DNA from: Eledone cirrhosa
Taxonomy: Eukaryota
Direction of reading: 5' to 3'
NCBI GenBank assembly: GCA_964016885.1
Contig: OZ024743.1
Span: 61,132,001-61,196,000, forward strand
DNA length: 64,000 nucleotides
The notes beneath the pieces were generated by a model. That model searched no databases, was not told the origin of the DNA, and worked only from the letters and a program-made list of their open reading frames with translations. Of the stretch, positions 12,445 to 26,300 are shown in pieces (the stretch's first letter is position 1; each line of letters opens with the position of its first letter). The position numbers and the translations under genes are program-made.

Positions 12445-14850
12445 ACCTGCAGCTGGCCAGCTCAGCGCCTATGGTGGTGAATAGGGAGGTAGCCCTAGGG
12501 CCAAGGACACCAGAAGTCTCCACTGCCAAGGGCACGACCGCAAGTCTGTTGGAGAGCGATCGATACTTGGAGAGTTTCGCCGCCTCAGCCCGACGCGCAA
12601 CAGTACCTGGGTTAGTCGCAGTGGCACCAGGTTGCGGCTGGAGAATGTGTCGCTGCAAGTGGCATCCCAGACGAGGAGTTTGCCACCGCGGAACGAGAAG
12701 ATGATCATACCGTCTGGCGATTTTCTGTCCCTCGATCCAGTCCCTCCGACTCGAGCTGGGAGGGCAAGTTTGCAGCGCCCAAGCCATGCCTTATGACCTC
12801 GTTGAGGACAGCATGGCGTGGAAGGCGCTGTGGCACAGGAAAGAGGGTGGAGGCCGAAAGAGTCCACGGTGGATCCACAGTGACATTTATATGGCTCGCA
12901 GATCCGGAGTACATGCCTCAAGGAAACGCCGATGCGCAGGCTATCGTTATCCAGCACGTGCCAGTGGGGAAGGTGGGCAAGGCATGGAGCCAGGCACCAC
13001 TGTGGGGTTTGGAGGCCGCGCGAAAACAGGTAAGGCGGTGCTGGTCTAGCTGGCACGTGAGCCTGTCTGAGGCCAAGCTACACTGGATGGCATCCCAAAT
13101 GCTTTGGGGAATCTTTACGTCAGCAAGGGGAGAAGGAGGAAGGACGTCTACTGGTCTAAGTCCCAACCGGTTCCACGTCTCACAGGCGGCCTCACGTTCC
13201 CTGATCAAAGAGGGTTCCATTGTGTTTTGGAGAACACTGTTTACGAGGACGTGGCATGAGGTTACCGATGAAAGAAACGCCGACAAAGCCAGCGAGATCG
13301 GGGACCGGAGGCCAAGGCCGCCATATCTGACAGGTAAAGTGGCCGCCATATCTGACAGGTAAAGTATCGTCAAACCTGACGTTGCATATCTCCTCGGCTG
13401 CCGATGGGATACACGTATCAACGTCAGCGAGGAGAGATGCGTGGCTGTAGACGGAGCGCTGCGAAGAGTGTAGAGTAGCTTCGGCATGGCGAAGCAGTCC
13501 CTCAACAGGAAGAGAGCTGGGTGGCCGTCGATCAAGCCCAGTCGGCTTGAGGGTCTGGAGTTGTTGGAGCCTGGACTTGATGGTGGAGCGGATGGCCGGC
13601 GGGTGGATCGGTGACACGAGGATGAGGACATCCTCTTTGGGGGTTACCTGTACCTGGTGGAGAATGGACCGCACGTCCGAAACGGATGCTGCAAAGCTCT
13701 CAGCATCGTGGCTGACATTTACCACCTCTGACTTGGACGCGTTGACCTGGATGCCGATTCCCGCCAGGGCAGGAACCACCGATTGAAGGTCATGGCAGAC
13801 AGACTCCACGGGCCTACCCAGAGTAGCAAAATCCAGGTACCAGACATTGAGAGGGGTCGTGATACTCCGGTTAATGTGGTCTATACCAAGGGCAAACAGG
13901 AGGGGGCCCAAAGGGTCGCCCGGCTTCAGTGATAGCAACTCCTTGAGTGGCCAGGTCGGAGACCATCAGCACATCCGCTGCAGCTAGTTGGGAAAGATTT
14001 GATGGCAGACATGATTTTTGCGTCGGAAGCCACAAGGAGCAGATGGGTATCGGGTGGGGGTATGGGTCGGAGGTCAGCGGGTGACTCAGGGTGCTTGAGT
14101 CGCAGGCAAGCCAAGACCTCCTCGGTGGGCTGCAGGACAGTGTCCTCTGAGGCAACCACTCTGACTGCGGCTGAGACATCACCCATGATTAGTTTAGCGT
14201 TTACGCGGTCATGCAAACGCTTGGCGCTGGCTTCATGGGTGGAGGATTGGAGGTACCGGAGAGCAGTGGGTGTGGCGTCCTTCGGCACGCTTGGAATGGC
14301 TCTTGTCCAAAGGACGAAACATTGGCCTTGACAAAGGCTGCAGTCGACAGGCCGCCTCGGTCAGCGCCAGAGCTGGGAGGCCGAGGGCGAGTGGGGCGAA
14401 ATAGAAGAGGCGCTCCCAGTTGCTGGCTCGATTGGAGTCCAGGGCGTTCTCAGTTGAGGAAGCGAGAGCATCGGCTACCAGCACCCAGGCCGCTCTCGGG
14501 ATTCTGAGTGGAATCTTCCGGAGCCGCCTGAGCCGAGCGATGTTTAATCAGCGAGGCTTGGGCATCAGGCAAGCTCGCTGTCTCGTCTGGTGGTGTGCCA
14601 GACGGCCGTGGCTGGGCAGACAAGGGGAAGAGACAGTTTCTGCATCTCCACGCTGTGAGGGCACTAGAAGCTCGACGCGTCAAGCCAACACAAGTGAGGT
14701 GGTGGAAGCAGCCGCACCCCGAATAGTTCCGGCCCCTCTCCCGTCTGTTCGTGGTGCTGAAAGTGCTGCAGGTGTCGACTAGTGGGGATGGACGATGGGG
14801 CGTAGAGCCGAGGACTGGGGCGCCAAGCGGCATCTGAGATCATTGTCTAT
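12445..14850 (-). mobile_element. CRE-clade non-LTR retrotransposon (PHD-like finger, RT, Zn knuckle, restriction-like endonuclease), frameshifted and internally deleted
   Basis: Motifs across frames: GCGCFHHLTCVGL..WRCRNC; DGLRP.H; GDPLGPLLFALGI; WYLDFATLG; LPVRYGGLGL; SGAWLHALP; CHCGSTVDSFGLHPLSC; RHAVLNEVI; PDG...LVWDATCSDTF; AEAAKLSKY; VPLAVETSGVLG. Confidence 0.9.
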
Positions 14851-15086
14851 TGGGACTCTAAATTTCGCGTATGCCCGCTGATCACGCAACTGGGAATAAT
14901 TTTTACATGACACCATATATTTGGGAAATATTTGTGTGGCTAGAATAATGATAAATGACACCTTATTTATCATATACTAGACGCATGCATTATATTTGCC
15001 ATATATACTATGAGGCAAAAATCTTTCCTAGTTGCATGATCAGCAGCGATCCCCCAAGTAGCCATAGAGAGTAACCTCTGCTATAT

Positions 15087-15273
15087 AATTGTTTCTACTT
15101 TAGGCACAAGGCCAGCAATTACCCAGTACATTACTGGTACTTTATTTTATCGACCCCGTAAGGATGAAAGGCAAACTTAACCTCGGCGGGATTTGAACTC
15201 AGACTGTAAAGGGACGTAACTATGCTGGAAAGCATGGCGTCCAACCCTCTACCGATACTGCCAATTCACCGCC
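15087..15273 (-). mobile_element. Nin-type SINE copy
   Basis: Reverse complement of 5511-5699. Confidence 0.85.
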
Positions 15274-15851
15274 CTCTGTTATATAATATATATAATACCT
15301 ACTTTTGTATTGAAAACATATACCTGTTGTTCGTAAAACCAGACGTCTGAATACACGGGCGCACACTATCACAGTGTGTGTTTGTGTGTGTGTGTGTGTG
15401 TGTACGTTCGTGTGTGTGGTGTTCGCTAGAAAAAAAAATAGGACACGTAATTATTTCATACGAAAATTCACTGATGCATTCTCTTAAAAATAAAACTCCT
15501 TATTCGGCCGTACAGTCATGTCTGGAGGTGCAGACAAATTACTTCAGGCTTGTGTAATCAGCTGCAATAATAAATTAGCAGAGTGGTGGTAATTCTATTG
15601 AACGGAGGGCAGAGGTTTGATGATTTTACGAGACAAATGACACGTATACAACATGAATGAAACAGCTTCGATAAAGCTGGGGAATAGATTCTAGAATATA
15701 ATGTAGCCAAAAAGTATAATCTGTTTGTCTGGGTATTTGGTACTATGTATTAGGTATTCAGAACAACAGAAGAACCATGGATTAGAATATTTCTAACTGC
15801 CGTGAAATACAAGAAACATCTGAATATTTGCCCATTTTCCCATATATGTGC

Positions 15852-15960
<109 letters not shown>

Positions 15961-16002
15961 GAAGTATATGCATATATATATATGTATATATATATACATA
16001 CG

Positions 16003-16145
<143 letters not shown>

Positions 16146-16263
16146 GAGATCCGCTGATGAAGTATCAAAGGAAACAATGCCCAATCTATTGTTAGAGAGT
16201 TTATTTAGTATATATAAAGTTTCATAGACTCATGTTAAGCGTATGAAATTTATTTATACTATA

Positions 16264-18870
16264 CTAGCAGAAGTGCCCGGTGTTGCTCGGGGCTGAATTG
16301 CTTGAAAGTACTGTTAATGATTGCACTGAATTATGATTATTCAGGCAAAGATTGATATAAGTTTACGCCGAATGAATATATTTGTAAGTGTATAGAAAGG
16401 CCTGTAAAGGGGTTCCTACCCCTCGTAGAATGGTGTAAGAATTGAATATGAGGTTGCCTTGAAAAAGGCCATGTTATTGTTCTCATAATTGTAAGAATTT
16501 GATAGTCGTGGAAGGTGGTGTAAAACGTTCGCAGGTGAATAGGGCCTCTTCGTTTTCCACGAACGGCAGCGGATGTGCTGTTACAAAACTTCATGGTGTG
16601 TTAAAAGAGAATCGATGCCCTATGTAGGCAAGAGGGGAATTAAGTATGGGTAAGTAAATACGGGTAATTTATAAAATCTAGAACAATAGCATCTACTCAG
16701 ACCGGCAAGACTGTAGGGGTGTTGAATAGATGAATCACAACACGTCTGTGGTGGAGATGTTTTCATTGATCGGCATTATGAGTAAATTTGTTGTTGTATA
16801 AAATGATCTGTTGCTTAGTTTTGAAAGTGTATGTTGCGATCGTGTTGTCGCTGATGTAAACTTTAATAGTGAGAGTGTAGATGTAGGGGTAGATGTCTCA
16901 TGTACGTTGGATATAGAAGATGAGGCTGCTGGTTTGATGACGAATGGATGGAAATAGAGGTGAGCGGAGGAAGGTGTTGATTAAGTGTGAAGTAATTTCA
17001 GGAAACGCCTAAAAATGTAAATGCCATCATAAAAGAGAGTCGTATGTAAGTGAAATACTAATGTGTTGTTCCAAAATGATGATGCGTAGTAATCCTATAA
17101 AACCTCCTTGTACACAATGTTTTTCGTTTTTCGTTGTGGAACGAACGCGAAAGCATCACTGTTGCTGCCGACACGCGAGCAGCCAACGTAAAGCTGACCA
17201 TGAGAGAAACATGGCTCCCCCAAATGTATTCCCGCCACAGACAGTGTTTGACCCTGCGCTTTGTTAATTGACATAGCGAAACATGGCCTTACTGGGAACT
17301 GGGACCTCCGAAATGTGAAAGGTAGGTCTGCTCCTGATGGGAAAAGATGCATCCTAGGTATGAGCACAACGTTGCCTCGACCGCACCCTGTGATAATTGT
17401 GGCCTCAATCAGATTGGGAGATAAGGACTTAACGATCAAATGTGTGCCATTGCATTGTTTCGGGGGAACCAAATTTCTAATGAGCATTATAGGGGCACCA
17501 ACTTTAAGTTTGAGAATGTGTGGTGGTAGTCCGGGGGGCTCAAAGGAATTGAGTACCTCTATTGGATAGTTGATGACGTCCTCTGGGTCAGGAGTTGTAT
17601 CGATAGACTTATATACATAGCCATCCCCAGGAATGAGGTTTAGCATTTGATCATTAATATGGTGAACAGTTTTATTCCTCGGGGCCAGAATGGCCCTTTG
17701 GCCAATCCAATCCATATTCTGATAATTAGCTTGTAGATCTGGGAACACTGCATCTGTGAGATCAGAAGGCGTATTAACAATGGTACAAATGGAATCGATG
17801 GCAATATTACCATTTTCATCCCCGGTTATTTTGCCTTCGCCAAGTGCAAGGGGGGTGTGAGAAAATGCTGCTGATGTGATATCACGTCGCATAAGAGCAC
17901 GCATGTTAGTGTTAACTTTGAGAGTGTACAGCAGTGGCCACAATGTGGATGACTTAAGACACGCACTTACTGCGAATAACGGGAAGTGTTTGCCGGAAGT
18001 CCCCTGAAAGAAGAAATTTTATGCCCCCCATGGGAGCTGTAGAGTGTTTGATGTCTCTGAGAGATCTATCTAGTGCCTCAAGAGCACCTCTGTGGGCCAT
18101 CGTGCATTCATCCCAAACGATAAGCTTGCATCGTCTGAAGACTTCTGCCTGATCGGAGCTGTTACTGATGTTGCAAGTTGGTGTCTCAGTCTTCGCTAAG
18201 TCAAGCGGTAGCTTGAAAGTGGAGTGAGCTATCCTGCCGCCTGGCAACAAAGTAGCCGCAATTCCAGATGATGCCACAGCTAGGGCAATGCCTTGTGTTC
18301 GCCTAATCTCAGTCAATATTAATTTGTTGACAAAAGTTTTACGCAATCGAAACTATTTCGAATACTGTATTGTAAATTTCAATTGAAGAAATTCTATATC
18401 GTAGATTTCTATAAGAAAGGAGAATGTTTGAATTCCCGCACGTTGTTTAATTGAAGTGAGTGTGTGTTTGTATGCGTTTGGAAATAAATCAGTAAGTTTG
18501 AAGTATAAAAGGGAAAGTAGCAAAATGTGTGGGTTGTAGATAGAGAAGGTAAGCAGATGATATTATAGAGTAAAACGGACAGTATCACCATCAAGCTTGG
18601 AAAGAGAAAGTAGCAGAAAGTATGAAGTTGTATAGATTTTGAATGGTAGTGGAAAGAGTTTAGCAGTTTAAATGACAGAGAAAAATCGTAAAATATTGAG
18701 TTTTATCTATTTTTTGCGTAATTGTGGGTGAAATTTAAAAAATTATCTGCGTCAAGACGCAATCGAAACTATTTCGAATACTGAATGGTAAATTTCAATT
18801 GAAGAAATTCTATATCGTAGATTTCTATAACGAAGGAGCTTGACCACACACTGAGCTTTATAGATTATGA
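16264..18870 (-). mobile_element. Internally deleted Helitron retaining both termini and the PIF1-like helicase C-terminal half
   Basis: Minus strand A|TCATAATCTATAAAG (18870) ... hairpin CCCGAGCAACACCGGG + CACTTCTG-CTAG|T (16264); ORFs 17954-18346 and 17095-17943 with ASSGIAATLLPGG, WDECTM, GDFRQTLPV, FAMSINKAQGQTL, HGQLYVGCSRV. Confidence 0.93.
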
Positions 18871-18876
18871 TATAAT

Positions 18877-18954
18877 CAGTCTGCCCCGCAAAAACGTATA
18901 CACACTTTTATTAGAATGCTATTCAAGTAGGTATACATTTTGGGGGACACCCTG
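18877..18954. mobile_element. Tiny Tc1/mariner-type MITE (second copy ~51598-51696)
   Basis: Imperfect TIRs CAG..TG.CCC.CAAAA..GTATAC / GTATACATTTTGGGGGACACCCTG. Confidence 0.55.
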
Positions 18955-18968
18955 CATGGATATATACA

Positions 18969-19057
<89 letters not shown>

Positions 19058-20271
19058 GTGCATGTGTGTGTGTGCGTGCGTATATGAAGGTGTGGACGAG
19101 TGTGTAAATGGTAGTATAAATATAGTTTATGTTCATATTAACATTTATATGTTAAAAAAGAATTGAATTTTTTAAACGTGTCATTTTCAGCTACCTTATT
19201 ATAATAGCGTCACCCATTATATTTGCCATATATACTGTCTCTCGTATATATTATTTGCAGCTGAGTGATCAGCGGGAACCTTTAAAACTCAGAATAGCAA
19301 GAAAGAGTAATCTCAGTAATATAACACACATGAACATACATACATGCATACATGATGGTTGCCCCCTCGTAATCGAGTATGGCCATTGCACGATATACCA
19401 TTATTAATTAATTCTATCGTGCAATGCCTGTGCGTGAAGATTTTTTTTAAAGTGAGGAAAGACTGTGCACTGAGCCATCCCACTCTGTGAGTGACAGTAG
19501 CTATAACCCGGAAAGGAGAAAAGATCAACATCGTCGGTAACTACTGAGCTACAGGTTTTATGTCGGAGTTATCCCAGTTTCCTGAGTTGACTTTTTCCTA
19601 GAAGAATGCCCTGAAAAAGGCTAGAAATAGTCTGGCTGGATACCCGATCGCGCGGTTAATCCACTGGGAGTGAAGGACATACATACATACATACATACAT
19701 ACATACATACATACATACATACATACATACATACATACATACATACATACATACATACAAAGTGTAGAATGCTTGAAGCATTGTGGAATAAGAAATACAA
19801 ATTTAAATAAGTTTAAATATTTGGAAGCTCGACAATACGCACAAGATTAAAAATGCGAAGGTAATATTAGTTATAGATAATAATTGACTGAAGAAAGTGT
19901 GAGTACGATAGAATTTTACCTTACTAAATTTATTGATCTCATACATGATGGTTGCAACTCAATTTCGAGTAATGTCATCGCTTGATACTTAAGCATTAGC
20001 ATCACAGACGTGGCTTTTTAGTACTGCTAGGGACTTCTCTATGGCCAGGAATATAAAAAATGTCACATATCAAGCGATGCCTGAACTTTTAAGTGAGAAA
20101 AGGCTTTGCACGGGGCCAATCGCACTCTCTGAACATCGAATGCATTTACCCAAAAAGAACTGTTCTACAGCATTGGATGCATAAATGTCGCAGGTTTTAT
20201 ATTAGGGTTACCTTCTCCTAGAGAGATGTCTTAATGAAGACTAGCAGTCTCTCGCTACACAAAGAAAATCC

Positions 20272-20460
20272 TTTATTAGATGGCCGTTGACTCTCCTGAG
20301 TTCCTCCATTCTTTGACGGGTTTTGTTTTTCAAACCGCTGGATGTCCAAAATCACCCCATCACCAAGCAATCTTGGTGAGGTTGCCAATTTAGTCCCGAA
20401 GACCCGACCATGCACAGGTATTGGGTTACATGTTACCTGTAGCGCTGAATAGTGACCTGA
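20272..20460 (-). mobile_element. RTE-like 5'UTR fragment next to (TACA)n
   Basis: Homologous to 20950-21120 (ACCTGT..CATGGTCGGGTC...GACTAAA.TG.CAACC.CACCAAG...TTTGGACATCC). Confidence 0.6.
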
Positions 20461-20534
20461 CATACATACATACATACATACATACATACATACATACATA
20501 CATACATACATACATACATACATACATACATACA

Positions 20535-21135
20535 TGGTGGCTGCCAACTCGTTTTCGAGTACGGCCACTACTTTATATCCATGTAGGAGAACCCCTACCG
20601 ATGCGCTGAACGAGTGTGACTTTTAAGTCCAGCCAGCGACTTGAAAACTCTGGTACAAACACTACACTTATGACAATTATTGACACAGTGCAGGGCCCAT
20701 GGTACCATGTGACGACAAGTGCAGAGAGATCTCCAGATACAAAGCAATGCCTGTGCCGTGAAGCTTTTATAGTGAGCAAAGACAATGCACAAAGCCAGTC
20801 CCACTCTCTTAACCAAGATGATATTTACCAAATAGAAGAACGAGTCAACATCATTGGATACCATCAGGGCTGCAGGTGTTATATCAGAGTTTTCCTTCTC
20901 CTAGAATTCTGCCTTGACAAAGGCTAAGGGGTCATCTCTCCCGGTAATTTTGGATGGCCATTGACTCATAAGAGCTCCTTTGCCCTTTGACAGGTTTTGT
21001 TTTTAATCCCGCAGGATGTCCAAAGTCACCCTCCTCACCAAGAAACCTTGGTGGGGTTGTCAGTTTAGTCGCCAACGACCCGACCATGAGACAGGTTGTA
21101 CTGGGATACATGTCACCAGTAGCACCAACTGGCGA
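20535..21135 (-). mobile_element. Bipartite non-autonomous RTE derivative (5'UTR fused to 3' end with C2H2 finger and (TATG)n tail)
   Basis: Minus strand: RTE-type leader CTAGGAGAAGGAAAACTCTGAT, then ORF end CSVCTRVFKSLAGLKSHTRSAHR*, 3'UTR ...GAGTTGGCAGCCACC-(ATGT)n; flanked by (TACA)n on both sides; second copy 32858-33193. Confidence 0.7.
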
Positions 21136-21201
21136 CATACATACATACATACATACATACATACATACATACATACATACATACATACATACATACATAC
21201 A

Positions 21202-21230
<29 letters not shown>

Positions 21231-21232
<2 letters not shown>

Positions 21233-22500
21233 GAACTCCAAATTACACCAGTTGAAACAACAACTCACAGCTACAACAGAAAGACTGAAATATAAGTCAA
21301 CAGCACATAAACGACAAGTGCTAAATAGATTGTTTGCCAGAGATCCTAAATCAGTTTATCGCAGCTTCGGTGGCAAAAGCTCAATTTCTGTAAATGACAC
21401 CCCTTCAAAAGAACAGGTTGAGAGCTACTGGAGATCTGTATGGGAAACGGATGACGGATTCAACAGACAAGCTAATTGGCTAAAAGAACTGGAACAGGAC
21501 TACTGCCAACATGTCCAGACAAAACAATATGACATAGATGGGTCAATACTGGAAACAGCTCTACAGAAAATGTCGAATAGGAAATCGCCAGGCCCAGACC
21601 TCATTACAGGATACTGGTTGAAGAATTTCACTTTCTATCGGCAAGATCTCATACGGCTGTTTACAGAAACCATTAAGGGCACACAAGAACTGCCCAGATG
21701 GTTATCAACTGCCTCTACTCTCCTCATTCCCCAAAATAGCCAAACCACCCTTGCTAAAAATTACCGCCCAATTGCCTGCCAAAACATCATGTATAAATTA
21801 TATACTGGGTGCCTTAACCTGTTCTTACAGGATCACTGTGCTACCAACAACATCATAACACCTGAGAAAGCTGGTGGAAAGAGGGAGGTGTGGGGTTGCA
21901 TAGATCACCTACTAACTAACAAAATGATTCAGGAAAAAACAACAAAGAATCGCAGAAACATGACTGTCGTGTGGCTGGACTATCAAAAAGCATTTGATAG
22001 TGTACCTCATGGGTGGCTTGTTAAGGCTTTACAGTTAGCTAAAGTCCCACAACCATTGGTAGCTGCTGTTGAACGCCTGACCAAGAACTGGTACACCAGT
22101 TTGATCCTTAGAGGTGAGAAGGAGCAAGTTAAGACTGATAAGATACATTACCAGAAGGGCATCTTTCAGGGTGATAGCTTGTCAGTGCTACTCTTCGTTC
22201 TCTCACTGAATCCACTATCTTACCTACTCAGGAAACAAGGTGGACAAAGAAGTGGGCCCAGAAGTATCTCCCATCTTTTCTTTGTTGATGACCTGAAGTT
22301 GTATGGGCCAAATATCAATGACATCAAGAAACAATTGGACCTCATTACACAATTTTCAACCGACATCAAAATGAAATTTGGTGAGTCCAAGTGTACATAT
22401 TTGGCAGTAAAACGTGGAAGAGCTGTGCCCTCCTCTAGAAATCTAGAGATGAACGGCCTGACAATACAACCTCTGCAGTCAGGTGACAACTACAAATACA
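21231..22500 (+). mobile_element. R4/Dong-clade LINE reverse transcriptase fragment (open ORF) flanked by (CATA)n
   Basis: KSPGPDLITGYWLK, NYRPIACQNIMYKLYT, WLDYQKAFDSVPH, KGIFQGDSLSVLLF, HLFFVDDLKLYG, MKFGESKC; lacks N-terminus and REL endonuclease. Confidence 0.9.
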
Positions 22501-22508
22501 TACATACA

Positions 22509-22540
<32 letters not shown>

Positions 22541-23368
22541 ACTATATATACATAATTCATTTCAGATGGAAATGACTTTTACAAGATTAACACTGTTTCA
22601 TTCCGTCAAAATTATCATGAAAATCCTGGACTCTCCTGATAATTTCAACAACGCTGCCAATCCATAATTCGATACATTTCATAGCAGATTTGTTTACATA
22701 TATGATGTCCCTGTGATAAAAAGGCGAAACTCCATTCAAGCTGAATAAAATGAATATATATATATATGTATATATGTGTGTTTCTGTGTGCGTGTGTCTG
22801 TGTGTTTTGAAGACCACATCCGGTCACAAATGATCATGGGTTTTGCACTTAGAAACTTTTCTCCGAGCCAAAAGCCCGGGTAAAGTATTTTTAGGAAGAC
22901 CAGCAATCGCCCATGCAAGTCAGTCTCCCCTCTCCACGACACCAATGTTGTTGAATGAAAATACTAAGAACGATAGTGACGGTGCAATTCATTTCTACAG
23001 TGAATGAATTGGTCTGGGAAGTAAACTCACAACCTCACGATTGTAAATTCAGCTCACTAACCACTAAGCCACGCGCCTTCACGGTATATACTTCAATATA
23101 CGTAAAAATTAGGCATACACCTACAAAAATAGTTTAGCTTTCATGATGCTTTATAGATTAGAAGGTAAATTCCGTTATGTGAGTCTTGCCTTAAACTGAC
23201 TTCTCCAACCAACAGTTTTTGGTATTCTCCCCGGGGAATTTAGATTATATTCATCCACGTTTGTTGTCTTTTCTAATCCGTGAGGACTCGGTTGTGTATT
23301 TAGCTTCTACATAACACAGACTGTGGTGTGGTATCTTGGTATACAATATATGGTGAATATTACAGTAG

Positions 23369-26300
23369 TCTAATGCCGTTACGTGCGCGTGATTTCCTAT
23401 TACGAATAAATGAGACGTCGATATGTAAACATTGAGGTAATATATATATATATTTAGAACAACGACATTGAGGTAATATATATATATTTAGAACAACGAC
23501 AAATCTTCTCTCCCTATAATAGATCATTCACCCTCTTCGTTCGTCATACATCAAATATCAAAATTTAAAAAGCCGATAACACTAAATACATACTCAAATA
23601 ACAAATATTCAAAAGCAACAGATGAATTTATAAAACAACAAACGTAACAATAACGACGCTTAAGCGTTCATTTACTTGAATCTCAACAAAGACATATGTT
23701 ATTGTTGTCCTTTTTGTAATTTTTCTTTCTTTCATTTTCTCAATATGAGACAAACATGAGAAAACTTTTTTAACGAACGTCCGATATCGATGATTTATTT
23801 TCCAGTGTGCTCCAAAATAACGCCCCTGTTTACGCTCTTTTGTGCTATAACTCAGACAGGCTTGGCTTACAGGTTTGACCTATTATTTGACGTGCATTCT
23901 TCACCGATCTTACTTAGTATTCACTTTCCACTTACTCACCGTTCAATTGAAAGTTTTGGCTACTCCCCCTTTCATGTTCCATTACCTGCATAAATATTTA
24001 CGTGTTCGGTCCTGCTACAATATAGTACTCACTTTAAACTAATTCAACGTTCATTTGAAAATTTTCGCTACCAAACACATTCTTTGAATCTACGTCATGC
24101 CACCCCAAAAAAGACCACGACTTAGTCGCCAAACGAAAGCTGCTTCTGCTGCCAAACGAAGAAGAGCTACAGAGTTGTCCGTAGAAAAATTGACTCGGTT
24201 GTCACAAAATGCAACTCGAAATGCAATTACCCGGGCAACCGAGAAAGAAAAAAAGAGGAGCATCCATCCGCCTTTCCGGAAATGCATTTGTAACTGCAGT
24301 TGCACGTGCAGCGCAAACTGATGAACAACATTCTCGACGACGAAGCAAAAATGCGGCCTCCACCGCTGCGGCACGTGACGGTGAGGACGAAGAACACCGT
24401 TACAGTCGACGACGAAGAGATGCCGCCTCAACTTCTGCGTCACGTGCTGCCGAGGACGAAGGGCAGCGTTCCAGACGTCAACGTACGGACGCCGCTTCAA
24501 CAGCTTCCATTCGCGCATCAGAGACTGCGCAAATTCAATTACAAAGGCTAAACGCCAACGCACTCCGCAGGAGTGCTAAACGATGTACACAGAGGATCAG
24601 TTGCACTCAGTGTTCTCATAAGGCTTTTCACTATGACCCAACAGTAAACTATGCACTGATGCCAGAAGATCAGATTGGATCCATGTCTGTCATTTGCCAA
24701 TATTGTCGGGAAAAAAATGGCCTGGGGAGACTTCAGGGATGTGCTGCTCTACAGGAACCACCACAACCTTTGAAGTCTCTACTGACCGGTGCCACAGCGG
24801 AGTAGGAACACTTCCTTCGATGTTCCAGGAGATACAACGCTGCCTTCCAAATGACCTATTTCGGAGCTAACATCATACGCGAGGACGGCTTCATGCCTAC
24901 CTTTAAAGTTCAAGGACAAATTTACACAGAATCGCTTCGCTACTGCCCACGACAGACGGACAGCCCAAGTTCCTACAGCTATACTTTGTCACTGACTATT
25001 TGGACCAAGCGGAACGACGCGCTTCATTTTTGCCTGGCACAGACATGAAAATTCTGTTGCAACTCGAGAGAATGCTGCACGAAAACAACAACTACATTCG
25101 CAGTTTTAAATGCGCATTGGAGGCTGCTCCGTCGCCAAATTTTGCTGTTATAATCGACGCTGACAGGAAACCACCAGGCACCCACGCCAGACGTTTTAAC
25201 ACTCCCACGTGCAATGAAATAGCTGTGCTTCTTTATGGAGAACAGTACAACAAGCGGGACATCATACTTCAGTGTAGGAACAATAGTCTGCAACGAGACG
25301 CATAGGTCCTACGACGCATTCCAATATCCCCTACTTTTCCCATTCGGTGACGACGGATACCACTTTGGAATTCCTTTGTGCAACAGCAACAAAACTGTTT
25401 CCTCTATGCAATTCTACACCTACTGATTCATAGTCCGCGAATGCTGCTTTAACCAATTCCACCGTGCAAGAGTACTCTTCAACCAGCTTGCTGTAGACGC
25501 GTGCGCAAAGATGGAATCTGAAAGGCTGTGCTACATAAGGAACAATCAAGCACGCCTTCGTTCGGACATCCACATTCACTTACGGGATGGAGTAAGGAAT
25601 GACGTCGATCCCGAGAACCTAGAAAAACATTGTATCCTTCCGTCGATCTTCATTGGGAGTCCCCGATACATGAGTGAACGCACACAGGATGCTATGACGT
25701 ACGTGCGTCTCTACGGCAGACCGGATCGCTTCATCACTTCAACATTCAACCCTAAGTGGAATGAAATTACTGCGGAATTATTCCCCGGACAAAGGGCGTC
25801 AGACAGACACGATCTTACGGCACGAGTCTTTCACTTGAAGTTGACAAAACTTATTGAACTCCTAAAATCAGGTAAGGCCTTTGGACCTGTTAGGTGCTAC
25901 GTATACACCGTTGAGTGGCAAAAGAGAGACCTGCCACACGTTCACCTACTCATTTGGCTGATAACCAAAATCAACGCAAGCAACATTGGCAGCATCATTT
26001 CAGCAGAAATACCCGAGCCAAAATTGGACAGAGAACTCCACAACATCGTCACTGCTCACATGGTTCATGGGCCATGCGGAAACGGTTTCGACATGAATTT
26101 TCCATGCATTAAAGAAAGAAGGTGCACCAAGAGGTATCCTAGGCCATTCCTCCGAGAAACTCGGACAGGTGGCGACGGTTATCCATTATACCGCCGCAGG
26201 GAGCCAGCGGACGGAGGAATTGTTGCGAAAACACCACATCACAACGTTGACAACCGGTGGAATGTACCCTACTGCCCACTTCTGCTTAAATTGTTTAACG

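Noticed and set aside
12402-14782. Plus-strand ORFs in the GC-rich 12.4-14.8 kb block
   Set aside because: Antisense shadows of the minus-strand CRE element; same for antisense ORFs over the Helitrons and the RTE
16148-16200. CTGATGA...GAAA-CAAT/ATTG-TT hammerhead-like motif
   Set aside because: Stem III is plausible but stems I and II do not pair; at best a decayed copy. The similar trace at ~10810-10835 has a broken core
20950-21135. HDV-like ribozyme in the RTE-type 5' leader (also 20370-20460)
   Set aside because: A conserved ACC..GGT stem, small hairpin and CTAAA are suggestive, but I could not assign P1/P2 pairings by eye; needs an RNArobo HDV descriptor search
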